Position numbers and translations under genes: made by a program. The notes below the pieces were generated by a model that did not search any database, had not been told where the DNA came from, and worked only from the letters and a program-made list of their open reading frames with translations. 64,000 nt of DNA from an uncultured Candidatus Saccharibacteria bacterium. Lineage in GTDB: Bacteria; Patescibacteriota; Minisyncoccia; 2-02-FULL-40-12; GWA2-44-9. Shown piece by piece: positions 39,401-48,362 of the stretch (the stretch's first letter is position 1; each line of letters starts with the position of its first letter). The DNA lies in the NCBI GenBank assembly GCA_964356795.1, contig CAYHIK010000004.1:2743-66742 (forward strand), written 5' to 3'.

Positions 39401-40852
39401 CTACACCGCAAGATCAAGCGTTTCATCGATGCGTATCTGGCTCACAAATTCAGGGACGTGACTCACGAGAATCATCGCCCCCTGATAGGCGCTCAGGGCA
39501 CTCGCAATGACGGGAATATGTCGGAAGTTTATATGATTTGTCGGCTCGTCGAGAATCAAGAGCCCCGGTCGCTGGAGCACGAGCCGTGCGAATGCAACGA
39601 GTCCCTTCTGCCCCTCCGAAAGATTTCCAATGTTCGTCTTCATCGCTTCAGATGTAAGAAGAAATCCAGCGGCAATCGAGCGAATCTCCTCCTCGCCAAG
39701 ACTCGGCGCCACAGAGCGAAGCGACGCATATACCGTATCTTCGAAATTGAGCGTCGAAAAATCTTGACGGTAGTATCCCACCGTCACCCCCGAAGCGAGC
39801 GTAGCCCCTGATGCACTCCCCGTCGCGATTGATCCAAGGAGCGTGCTCTTGCCAATACCATTTGGCCCAGAAAGAAGCAGATGTCTATTCTTCTGGAGCG
39901 CAATCTTCACCTTCTTCTTCGCTGGCTTATGATGTTTAAATACCGACACCGACGACAGCGTGAGAATGTCGCCCGTTAATCCCTCCTGTACGGGAATAGT
40001 GAATGGACGAATCGTTTTGTCTTCTTTCCGCACATCAACCTGAGCCTCTTCCATTTCCTCCGCCGCTTCGCGCATCTTTTTCGCAAGTAGACGCAATCGT
40101 CCACCCTTCATCGCAAAAAAGTTTGCTTTCTCCTTCTTCTCAATCGCCTCTTTTGCGAGACGAGCATTCGCGCTGTTCTCCTTTTGAATACGCGCAGCCA
40201 CCTGCTCAACAACATCGAAATAATTTCCCTGATATTGCTCGACACTTCGCGTGCGCGCATCAAGGTACAACACTCCCTGCGTAAATGCATTCAAGAAGTC
40301 TGCATCGTGCGAGATGACCAAGCACGTCTTCGGATATTCAATCAGAAACTGGCGCAGATGAGCGATGCCAGCAACGTCGAGATTGTTGGTCGGCTCATCG
40401 AGTAAGAGTACATCGGCATCCTGAATAAGCGCAGACGCCAGCAAGAGCCGCGCCTGCTGACCGCCCGAAAATGAGCGGACGATGCGGTCGTGGGGCGCAT
40501 GAAGGTTCACAACCTCGAGCACCGCATCGATGCGCGGATCGATATCGTAGACCGTCTCCGAAAAACATTTCTGAAAAAACTCCCGAACCGTAAGGTCGAG
40601 CTGGTCTCGTGGCATCACCTGTCGAGCAAGCGCAACCGTCAAACGTGGATGCACGTGCACCTCTCCAGATTCAGGTCGCAATCCGCCAGTGATCAGTTGG
40701 AAAATAGTACTCTTACCTGCACCATTCTGTCCCATGATGGTCATCTTTGCTCCCCGTCGAATCGAAAAATCCACCTCCGAGAGGATTGGCTTGGCGTGGC
40801 CGTATTCAAACGACACGCCTTTGAACCGAATAATAGCTTCCTGGTGAGTCAT
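39401..40852 (-). CDS. ABC-F family ATPase
   Basis: Two ABC domains (GQNGAGKS, GPNGIGKS, LDEPTN twice), no TM segments. Confidence 0.92.
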   Translation of the reverse strand: MTHQEAIIRFKGVSFEYGHAKPILSEVDFSIRRGAKMTIMGQNGAGKSTIFQLITGGLRPESGEVHVHPRLTVALARQVMPRDQLDLTVREFFQKCFSETVYDIDPRIDAVLEVVNLHAPHDRIVRSFSGGQQARLLLASALIQDADVLLLDEPTNNLDVAGIAHLRQFLIEYPKTCLVISHDADFLNAFTQGVLYLDARTRSVEQYQGNYFDVVEQVAARIQKENSANARLAKEAIEKKEKANFFAMKGGRLRLLAKKMREAAEEMEEAQVDVRKEDKTIRPFTIPVQEGLTGDILTLSSVSVFKHHKPAKKKVKIALQKNRHLLLSGPNGIGKSTLLGSIATGSASGATLASGVTVGYYRQDFSTLNFEDTVYASLRSVAPSLGEEEIRSIAAGFLLTSEAMKTNIGNLSEGQKGLVAFARLVLQRPGLLILDEPTNHINFRHIPVIASALSAYQGAMILVSHVPEFVSQIRIDETLDLAV

Positions 40853-40917
40853 GGTGTACGCAAAGAGAGTAAGAATAACACATTTTCTCTCTTTCGTACA
40901 GCCGTCCTGCGAGGCGA

Positions 40918-41370
40918 CTACCGCATAAGCACAGGCGGCGGAACCATCCTTCGCATAAACCCGCGACGCATGAGCGCGTCATTGAATCCAAGTGCATCAA
41001 AGAGCCAGCCCGAGAGCACCACAAGCGCCACAAAGATTGCTACCACAATCCATGGATTTACCTTGTATGAGAAATCGTACGCTCGGAGGAGCCTCACGCC
41101 AATCACAAGTCCGACCACTGCCACCACGGGAAGCCACCACGGGAAGCTCGAGAGTATCTGCTCGAGTCGGACGCTTGCCATGGGTCCATGTGCGCGAAGT
41201 GAGAATCGAATGAGCCCCACAAAAAATATTGAAACAACACTCGTTGCCACGAGGCCAATGAACGTAAGAATAGAGCCCCCAATGAAATACAGTCGCGGGC
41301 GCATCTTAATGTGGCCCGTACGAATCTGGCTCATCACGCTGTCTGACATAGAATTTAGTTCGTTGGACAT
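40918..41370 (-). CDS. Membrane protein, putative anti-sigma factor
   Basis: 3 TM; overlaps the ECF sigma stop. Confidence 0.6.
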   Translation of the reverse strand: MSNELNSMSDSVMSQIRTGHIKMRPRLYFIGGSILTFIGLVATSVVSIFFVGLIRFSLRAHGPMASVRLEQILSSFPWWLPVVAVVGLVIGVRLLRAYDFSYKVNPWIVVAIFVALVVLSGWLFDALGFNDALMRRGFMRRMVPPPVLMR

Positions 41371-41897
41371 AGAAGTTTCATCATTGCTTTCGCTCGCCGA
41401 ATGCGCGTCGCAACCGTTCCCATGGGCACCCGCAAAATATCGCTTATCTCTTCGTACGACTTATCTTCAATATAATACAGCGTAAGAGGCTCTGAGTAGA
41501 GTATCGGCATCTTCGAGAGGCAGGATGCCACCATACGCACGAGCGCTCCTTTATCATACGCATCTTCTAAATTTTCATCACTCCGGATATCGAAATCTTC
41601 AGGCAGAGGAATTTCTTTCTCGTGTTCTGTTGCCTTGTTGATGACCTGATTGTGGACGATTCGGTAGATCCAGCTCGAAAACTTCTTTGACGTATCAAAT
41701 CCTCGTAAGTTAACAAACGCGTTTATAAACCCCTGCTGAACGGCATCAACAGCCGCATGCTCATCATGCGTTAAGTGCGATGCGTATCGCATAAGCTTGT
41801 CTTGGTATCGACGAACCACCTCGGCATACAGCTCGGGGTCATTCGTACGCACGCGCGTTACGAGCTCTTCGTCGGACATATCCGAGAACTGGTGCAT
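41355..41897 (-). CDS. ECF RNA polymerase sigma factor
   Basis: FSSWIYRI, SYEEIS, GTVATRIRRA. Confidence 0.92.
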   Translation of the reverse strand: MHQFSDMSDEELVTRVRTNDPELYAEVVRRYQDKLMRYASHLTHDEHAAVDAVQQGFINAFVNLRGFDTSKKFSSWIYRIVHNQVINKATEHEKEIPLPEDFDIRSDENLEDAYDKGALVRMVASCLSKMPILYSEPLTLYYIEDKSYEEISDILRVPMGTVATRIRRAKAMMKLLCPTN

Positions 41898-41966
41898 GAA
41901 TGTAGTATATCAGGTGCGGGACGCGAGCATACCACCCCGAATTTCGGGGTGGTATGCGATGCGAAC

Positions 41967-42335
41967 TTACCGATGCATCCCTCTGCCCATCCCGCGCATG
42001 CCAGCTCCTGAACCATCGCGCATGCCGAGTCCGAGCTCTTGGCGGATCTTCTGCGCCTCGTCGGTCTTTCCCTCGAGCGCCAAGGCGTGTGCCTGTGCAA
42101 ACTTCGCGAAATTCTGTTCTGTTACAACCTGCGCAGCACGGCCCTGTGCGAGATTCTTCCACGCAGCATAGTCATTCTTCTCAAATGCCTTCGTCATCGC
42201 CTCATGACGCTCAGGTGAGTATCGTGGGCCCTTTACCGAAGCATCTCCGCGATACGCCAACGCATCGCTTGCAAATACACCAACAACTCCTAGTGCGAGC
42301 ACCAACGAACCCAATCCGATAGCAGTTTTATTCAT
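41967..42335 (-). CDS. Secreted hypothetical protein with Gly/Met/Arg tail
   Basis: Signal peptide, DYAAWK, helical core. Confidence 0.75.
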   Translation of the reverse strand: MNKTAIGLGSLVLALGVVGVFASDALAYRGDASVKGPRYSPERHEAMTKAFEKNDYAAWKNLAQGRAAQVVTEQNFAKFAQAHALALEGKTDEAQKIRQELGLGMRDGSGAGMRGMGRGMHR

Positions 42336-42414
42336 AGGTGATACGTAGTTATACTTCTATAGTGAGACGTCGCGACGCCTCTATAGGTAATACAACTGCG
42401 GACCCCATTTTCTT

Positions 42415-42660
42415 TCACATCTGCCCCGCAAAGGCTTTCGCCATCTCTTTCTGGAGTTGTTCACGCGCTTCCCGCATGAGCGCCATGATAATGCCCGACT
42501 GCGTGCGTCCATCGAGTTCGTCGTTGAGCTCCAGGCTGGTCACCTCAAAATCGCCCCGCATCGAGAGCCTCACCCCGCGCTGTTCCACCGAAACCGTGTG
42601 CTTCTTTATCTGGTCCTGCATCTTCCGCAGCTCCATAATTTGCTTCAATTGATCAAACAT
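42415..42660 (-). CDS. YbaB/EbfC nucleoid-associated protein-like
   Basis: Size and MQDQI...V.L.MRGDFEV pattern. Confidence 0.7.
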   Translation of the reverse strand: MFDQLKQIMELRKMQDQIKKHTVSVEQRGVRLSMRGDFEVTSLELNDELDGRTQSGIIMALMREAREQLQKEMAKAFAGQM

Positions 42661-42680
42661 ATGGGAAATATGGTATCACA

Positions 42681-43823
42681 CTACTCTTTCTTCCGCTTCC
42701 AATAGACCCGGCCATGGAGAGCTTCTGGCCGCATATCACGGTCGGTGTATTTTTCATATCCTTTTCCATACCCCAACTCCTTCATGAGATTTGTGGGTGC
42801 ATTCCGCACCTCAAGCGGTATCGGTAAATTTCCATACGTCTCTACGTCTGCCTGCGCGGCACGAAATGCGTCATACGCACTCCGGTCTTTCGATGCATTC
42901 GCGAGATACACCACGCCATGCGCGAGATTGATTCCCGCTTCAGGAAATCCAATCGTCTCAACGGCACGAAAGACTTCGTTGGCGACCACGAGCGCCGTAG
43001 GGAGTGCCATGCCAATATCTTCCGACGCAAAAATCACCATGCGTCGGGCGATGAACTTTGGATCCTCTCCCGCCTGCACCATGCGCGCGAGATAGTAGAG
43101 CGCGGAATCAACTTGGCTTGCGCGCATGCTTTTGATGAATGCGCTGATGGTATTGAAGTGCTCCTCACCCTTCTTATCGAATCGTAAAAACGCGTGCTGT
43201 ACCGTATTCTTGAGTGATTCAATCGTCACAGTGGTATACAGCGATCGCGCCGCTTCGAGCACCGTAATCGCCTGTCGCGCATCACCGTTCGCCATGCGAA
43301 TGAGCCACTCTATCGATTCTTCATCCACCGGAATCTCAGTGCGCGCGATGATGCGCCGCATCTGTACGTCGTCGAGCTCTCGCAACACAAATACTCTGCA
43401 TCGTGATAATAATGCCGCAATCACTTCGAAGCTTGGATTCTCTGTGGTCGCACCGATGAGCACAATATCTCCGCGCTCCACATAGGGGAGTAGGAAATCT
43501 TGCTGTGCTTTGTTGAATCGATGAATCTCGTCTAAAAATAAAATCTTCGGGCCAATCCGTAGTGAGCCATCTTCGATAATCTCCCGAATATCGGCCTTCC
43601 CTGCCGATACCGCAGAAAGCTCGTAGAGTTTTCCCTGCACTGATGATGCGTAAATCTTCGCGAGAGTAGTTTTCCCCACTCCCGGTGGCCCCCACAAAAT
43701 AAATGAAAAGATATGCCCACGCTCAATGGCGACACGCAGTGGCTTCCCCGCGCCAACCAAGTGTTCCTGCCCCACGAACTCTTCGAGCGTGGTGGGGCGT
43801 ATATGCGATGCGAGTGGCTCCAT
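42681..43823 (-). CDS. rarA: Replication-associated recombination protein A (MgsA)
   Basis: WGPPGVGKT, DEIHRFNKAQQD, GATTENP, SAFIKS, ASEDIG. Confidence 0.95.
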   Translation of the reverse strand: MEPLASHIRPTTLEEFVGQEHLVGAGKPLRVAIERGHIFSFILWGPPGVGKTTLAKIYASSVQGKLYELSAVSAGKADIREIIEDGSLRIGPKILFLDEIHRFNKAQQDFLLPYVERGDIVLIGATTENPSFEVIAALLSRCRVFVLRELDDVQMRRIIARTEIPVDEESIEWLIRMANGDARQAITVLEAARSLYTTVTIESLKNTVQHAFLRFDKKGEEHFNTISAFIKSMRASQVDSALYYLARMVQAGEDPKFIARRMVIFASEDIGMALPTALVVANEVFRAVETIGFPEAGINLAHGVVYLANASKDRSAYDAFRAAQADVETYGNLPIPLEVRNAPTNLMKELGYGKGYEKYTDRDMRPEALHGRVYWKRKKE

Positions 43824-43864
43824 GCGCTCATCCTACCGCCTCCCCCACAGGAGTAAAGCGGATT

Positions 43865-44164
43865 TCACTTCGCCCCGCCTTTTGGCGGCCCCCACTGCCA
43901 ACGAGGCTTTTCTCCAGTTTTGTAGCAGATACGAATGAGCGTCATCGTCAGGAACAATGTGGGCAATATAAATGTAAAGAAAATCTCGCGTGGTGGCGAC
44001 GCCTCGTCAACGGTGAGCGCGAATAACAAAACGCCTACTATGTAGAGTCCTGTAATCAGCCACCCTTGCCAGGTGACCGGTGTCCATCCCCACCCGTAGA
44101 GCTTGGCCTTAAACCAATACCTCTTGGGGTTGTCTTTTAGATATGCGATGTGTCGCTCAAACAT
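43865..44164 (-). CDS. Small membrane protein
   Basis: YGWGWTPVTWQGW, 2 TM, GEKPRWQWG. Confidence 0.75.
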   Translation of the reverse strand: MFERHIAYLKDNPKRYWFKAKLYGWGWTPVTWQGWLITGLYIVGVLLFALTVDEASPPREIFFTFILPTLFLTMTLIRICYKTGEKPRWQWGPPKGGAK

Positions 44165-44191
44165 ATACCGCCCATACTACTCCGAATATCC

Positions 44192-44551
44192 CTACGCGGC
44201 CACACGCACAGATACATGCAACAAGCAGTCACACGGCTTACCCTTCAGAATCTCTTTCTGCTCACTCACAGTATTGATAAATACCTCCTGACTTCCCTCG
44301 CCAGTGGCGAGCGCCTCATCAAGCGGCGTATGGTGATTGTATCCACGGCGCGCAAATTCATGCACCAGTGCCTCGTGGCGCGCGTAGAGTGCTTTCTGCT
44401 TTCCAATCCATCGAATTGTCTCCGGATGGCGCGAATACCCGCCCACGCCTCCGTGTTTGGTGAGAATATTCCAAAGCCCATGCAACTCGCGATGTTCAGC
44501 GAGTAAGTGCTTCCGACATAAATGTTGTGGATGTATATCCCAGACTCTCAT
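44192..44551 (-). CDS. Pyrimidine dimer DNA glycosylase (endonuclease V-like) family protein
   Basis: MRVW..HP..L...HLLAEHRE, HPET..W, RGYNH. Confidence 0.8.
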   Translation of the reverse strand: MRVWDIHPQHLCRKHLLAEHRELHGLWNILTKHGGVGGYSRHPETIRWIGKQKALYARHEALVHEFARRGYNHHTPLDEALATGEGSQEVFINTVSEQKEILKGKPCDCLLHVSVRVAA

Positions 44552-44591
44552 AGCAATATTCTTAATCTTTATTCATAAAAATAAAAGCCCT

Positions 44592-44713
44592 GCGAAGATA
44601 GATTCCCGTGCCCATACAAGAGGCTTTCGGAGCGCGACGGCGCGAGAATGAGACGGCTCGGCAGTAAGCCGAGAACGTCGTACCCGAGAATGGGTATGGG
44701 AATATATCTTCGC
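44592..44713 (+). repeat. Type I structured repeat, copy 3
   Basis: Same core; closing stem gcgaagata..attcccgtgcccat/atgggtatgggaat..tatcttcgc. Confidence 0.8.
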
Positions 44714-44722
44714 TAAGATTCG

Positions 44723-44908
44723 CTAAGACGATTTCTTTCGACGGAGACGCGTGACACCGTACACTGCGATGAGGAGTCCCAGCCCCTGCCCGCCAGGGCT
44801 ATCGTCGTATCCGCCATACACGAAGAAAAAGATACCCGACGCCACGAGAAACCCCGCGAGCGCGATTCGCCCCACGCCAATCCGTGAGATGTAATCAGCG
44901 ATTTTCAT
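44723..44908 (-). CDS. Small membrane protein
   Basis: 2 TM flanking GGYDDSPG. Confidence 0.7.
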   Translation of the reverse strand: MKIADYISRIGVGRIALAGFLVASGIFFFVYGGYDDSPGGQGLGLLIAVYGVTRLRRKKSS

Positions 44909-44959
44909 ATAGATAGTTTAGCATAAAAAAGCCCCACACAGCGTGTGGGGCGTACGGCA

Positions 44960-45391
44960 CTAGGAAAAGATGGTAAATCCATCCCACGGACAATCGGGGC
45001 ACTCCAACTTGTGAAGCGCCTCGATCTCAGTTCTGCACACGCAGAGTTCACCGACATAGACTGCTTGTGCATTCTCGAGCACATCCCCAGCCTTACCGAG
45101 AACTCTCCACGCCTCTATGAAAGCTTCCGACGCCCTTTCAAATGCGTCACGAGCTTTTTCGAGAGATCGTGACGCCTCATCATGCGCCTCGCGAGCAGTG
45201 TCGAGCGCCTCACCCGCGAGGAGTAATGCATCGGGCAATGCACCCCTGACGGACTTGAACAGGCGGATACGAAGCTCCCGCTCGCGCTTCGGCTTCGACG
45301 TCATGATGTAATGAGCGCGTTCGTTATAGCTATAACACCACTCCAGAAGCACTTCGTGATGCACGTGCCAGAAGAAACCCTTCTCCTGCAT
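44960..45391 (-). CDS. Hypothetical coiled-coil metal-binding protein (paralog of 60096-60527)
   Basis: WHVHH..LLEWC, HKxECPxCPW. Confidence 0.8.
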   Translation of the reverse strand: MQEKGFFWHVHHEVLLEWCYSYNERAHYIMTSKPKRERELRIRLFKSVRGALPDALLLAGEALDTAREAHDEASRSLEKARDAFERASEAFIEAWRVLGKAGDVLENAQAVYVGELCVCRTEIEALHKLECPDCPWDGFTIFS

Positions 45392-45427
45392 GTCCCACCT
45401 CCGTACAGTATCTAGCGATGCCCCGTC

Positions 45428-45631
45428 TTAGGCGTCGCGTGGACTTACCTTGAGATTGAGCGCACTCGCGAGAAGCTCTTCGAGCTTCGTTCGGATGAAT
45501 GCCGCACGCTCGCGCATGGGCTTCACCTGATGAGTGGACCATCCACCGCTAATGCTCTCCTCAGCCCAGCGATCGAGCAGTATCTCCTCTTGCTCCAGAA
45601 GCAGGAGCGCCGTTCGCAGTTCTTCGGTCAT
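45428..45631 (-). CDS. Small hypothetical protein
   Basis: SD GGAGG; TTGACT..TATAAT promoter upstream. Confidence 0.6.
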   Translation of the reverse strand: MTEELRTALLLLEQEEILLDRWAEESISGGWSTHQVKPMRERAAFIRTKLEELLASALNLKVSPRDA

Positions 45632-45690
45632 AACCACCTCCAACATGAACAGAATGATTATACTGAAAAGTTGTCTAAAGTCAATATCTC

Positions 45691-45939
45691 TTAGCGATGC
45701 CCGCACCCCGCCCAACAACACGGGCGACGCATGCCACCTTTGAGCTTTGAGAGTGCTTTTGCAATGCGAATGCCTCGCGTCTCTGCCTTCTTTCCAGAAA
45801 TGACCCAGCAAATCCACTCGTTACGAGCGAGGGGTGTAATATCGTCCCACATCGCCCGCACCGAAGGTGTTGCGATAATGGCGTTTCGTAAATCTTCTGG
45901 CATGGCATGTACCACGCCACCAGCGAGAGCTTTATTCAT
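45691..45939 (-). CDS. YdeI/OmpD-associated family protein
   Basis: PEDL, TPLARNEWICW, RRPCCW. Confidence 0.8.
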   Translation of the reverse strand: MNKALAGGVVHAMPEDLRNAIIATPSVRAMWDDITPLARNEWICWVISGKKAETRGIRIAKALSKLKGGMRRPCCWAGCGHR

Positions 45940-45956
45940 TTCGATGTGTAATTCAC

Positions 45957-46442
45957 CTACGGCTGAAACAGCTCCTCGGGCATAAAGCGGACTGAAGTTA
46001 CCGTCGGAAACTGGCGTGCCGTTGCCTCAATCTGTGCCCACAAAATAGCTACTCTGCACGACCCACCACCGGTCTTGTAGAGCGGATCATCAAACGTCAG
46101 CGTTGCGACGCCGTTTGTTATCGAAGCGCTCTTGAGCGCGACTCCCGCAAGCGGAAACTCAGTCGTTGCACCTCGAGACTGCTCCTCTGGCAGTATCTCT
46201 CCGCGCAACAAAAGCCGAATCGTGTCTGCAAGTGGCGTGGCAGTGTTCGGAATAATCCGCTCCACGGGCACTAAGCCATCTTTACTGCACCGCACTCCGC
46301 CAGGACCCTGGTCCAGTAATGCATTGTAGTAATACAATCTGACAGAGATTCCATCCTCCGCTGGTTTTGGTTTGGTGCCATACCAAATCCCCACACCCAC
46401 CAAGACAACCATCACCCCAGCAACAACATAACGCCAGTTCAT
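45957..46442 (-). CDS. GerMN-domain protein
   Basis: VPVER, GGSCRV...QIEATARQFPTV. Confidence 0.8.
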   Translation of the reverse strand: MNWRYVVAGVMVVLVGVGIWYGTKPKPAEDGISVRLYYYNALLDQGPGGVRCSKDGLVPVERIIPNTATPLADTIRLLLRGEILPEEQSRGATTEFPLAGVALKSASITNGVATLTFDDPLYKTGGGSCRVAILWAQIEATARQFPTVTSVRFMPEELFQP

Positions 46443-46510
46443 GGCTTCATTGTACTACGAAAGGCAGTATGAGCTAGCTGGCACCGCGGCGGAATGATGA
46501 GCCGTTTGAA

Positions 46511-47080
46511 TTACGCGAGCATCGCGTCTACCAGTTGCTTGATGCCGATACCATCGAGAGCGGAGAACGGGATGATGAGGTGTCCGGGGGCGTCGTCAGC
46601 GAATCGCTTCAGTTGGGTGGCGAGCTCCTGACGTTTGAGCTTATCGATTTTGTTGGCGACGATGACGACATGCTTCTGTCGTGATTCCAGAAGATGCAGC
46701 ATATCAAAATCTGTTTCCGTAAAGCCGACCTTCGCGTCGATGATAAGGATGACGACTTTCTGATTGTACGGAGAGTTGAAGAAATACCAGTCGATGATTT
46801 CCTGAAGACGATTTCTGGCGTCGTGAGATGCCTGCGCATACCCATATCCGGGAAGGTCCACGAGATACGTATTCCCGTTGATGAGAAAGAGATTGATTTC
46901 CTGTGTACGTCCCGGAAATGCGCTCGTGCGCGCCAAGTCCTTCACGCCGGTGACCGCGTTTATGACGCTGGATTTGCCGACATTTGAGCGACCAATAATG
47001 GCTACCTGTGGTATGCCGTTTTCGAGCAACTCATTGGTCCCCTGCAGACCGGCGATAAACTTTGCTGAGGTGATATTCAT
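46511..47080 (-). CDS. engB: Ribosome biogenesis GTPase YihA/YsxC
   Basis: GRSNVGKSS, PGRT, DLPGYG, NKID. Confidence 0.95.
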   Translation of the reverse strand: MNITSAKFIAGLQGTNELLENGIPQVAIIGRSNVGKSSVINAVTGVKDLARTSAFPGRTQEINLFLINGNTYLVDLPGYGYAQASHDARNRLQEIIDWYFFNSPYNQKVVILIIDAKVGFTETDFDMLHLLESRQKHVVIVANKIDKLKRQELATQLKRFADDAPGHLIIPFSALDGIGIKQLVDAMLA

Positions 47081-47150
47081 GCGTACCCCATTCTGCCCTT
47101 ATTGCCTTATTTTCACAATGTATTCTTGCAACGCATGCAGCCGCCTAAGC

Positions 47151-47606
47151 CTACCGCTCCCCCGCACTCCGCAAAATTCGCTCGAGGGTTGAGGATACGG
47201 CACTGACGATGAGGGAGCCGAAAATGATGAAGACGCCCATAGCAACTCCGCCCGCGGAATCATCGCTACCGCTGAAAAACCGAATGAAGAATAATCCGGG
47301 CACGACGAAACCAATGATGGCTACTGCGCAGTATCGTATCGTGCGCACGGCTTTCATAGCTGATGACGAGAACACCGTATCCGACCCGACGTATCCCAAC
47401 AACTTAAATGCCTGCACAAGTGCGATGAAGAATGGGATAGATGCGATGTATGCGTATACCAGAAATGGGTCTTTGAAATAAATCTCAAAGAGCGTGGCGT
47501 TCACATTTCTACCTTCAGCAGTCGGCTCCCACAGCAAGAATGCAACCGCGCCAATACCGATGAGCACCGTGACCGCTTGGAGAAATAGTACGGAGTATTT
47601 TTTCAT
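47151..47606 (-). CDS. DUF2975 membrane protein
   Basis: 4 TM, QAFKLL..FS..A...IRYCA; short C-terminus. Confidence 0.75.
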   Translation of the reverse strand: MKKYSVLFLQAVTVLIGIGAVAFLLWEPTAEGRNVNATLFEIYFKDPFLVYAYIASIPFFIALVQAFKLLGYVGSDTVFSSSAMKAVRTIRYCAVAIIGFVVPGLFFIRFFSGSDDSAGGVAMGVFIIFGSLIVSAVSSTLERILRSAGER

Positions 47607-47628
47607 AGCCCTAGACTTGAACACCCTC

Positions 47629-48339
47629 TTAGCGGCGCTTCAATTCTTCGCGATAATCTTCGAGAGCCTTCTTGAGCGCTGGTTTTGCTTTTTTGATTGC
47701 CTTGTTGCCAATGAGTGCGGCGGTGATACTCCCGATAGCATCGAGAGCTCGCCCATTGTTGGCGTAGAGCTTCGCTGCCTGCATTTCGACATCAATGAGT
47801 GCCTGTGCACCAGTCCCAACTTCTGCCAGTTGAGCAGACTTCCAATCCATAATCATGGCATGCGCTTCCATGGGCAGGCGACCCGGTTGTCGCAGTGCCT
47901 CCCCGATGCGCTCGACGGTGGGGATTTCTGGTGCTGATTGCTTGGGAAGCAGCTGCTCAAGCTTGTCTGCGATTGCTTGGAGACGGTCTACTTCTGCGGT
48001 GTTGCCCGCATCCTTTTCCTCCCATAGATTTTCATTCAAAAATTCAAGCTGTTCTTCGATGAGACTTGGTTCGGTATATCCTGCGTTGAAAAACAAAAGC
48101 GCTCGCCACGCAGGGTATTCGTTGCGTTCATTCTGAGGGAGATGATCAACTGATTCGTCGAGCTCTGCCAGAACATTCTGAAATTGCGACGCCCGCTCAT
48201 CTTCTGTGAATTCCGGCTCTTCAATTCCGAGCGCTTTGAGCTTCCGAAGCTCTTCACCTGCGCGCTCAAAAGTAGCAGGGGCGTGCTCTTGACTATCCTG
48301 ACTTGGCTCGGGAGTTGATTCAGGAGGTTGTTCAGACAT
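47629..48339 (-). CDS. Acidic helical hypothetical protein
   Basis: 236-aa ORF with TATACT 6 nt upstream. Confidence 0.65.
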   Translation of the reverse strand: MSEQPPESTPEPSQDSQEHAPATFERAGEELRKLKALGIEEPEFTEDERASQFQNVLAELDESVDHLPQNERNEYPAWRALLFFNAGYTEPSLIEEQLEFLNENLWEEKDAGNTAEVDRLQAIADKLEQLLPKQSAPEIPTVERIGEALRQPGRLPMEAHAMIMDWKSAQLAEVGTGAQALIDVEMQAAKLYANNGRALDAIGSITAALIGNKAIKKAKPALKKALEDYREELKRR

Positions 48340-48362
48340 AGCGAGAGTATACCACACTTCAC

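Noticed and set aside
40490-41485. Long alternative-frame ORFs (e.g. 40490-41485, 14927-15775, 60602-61462, 34086-34799)
   Set aside because: Shadows of well-supported genes, with no motifs
46475-46510. Fifth att-like repeat (tagctggc...ggcggaatg...cgtttg)
   Set aside because: Similarity is patchy and the GACGA..TTAGAAC core is missing
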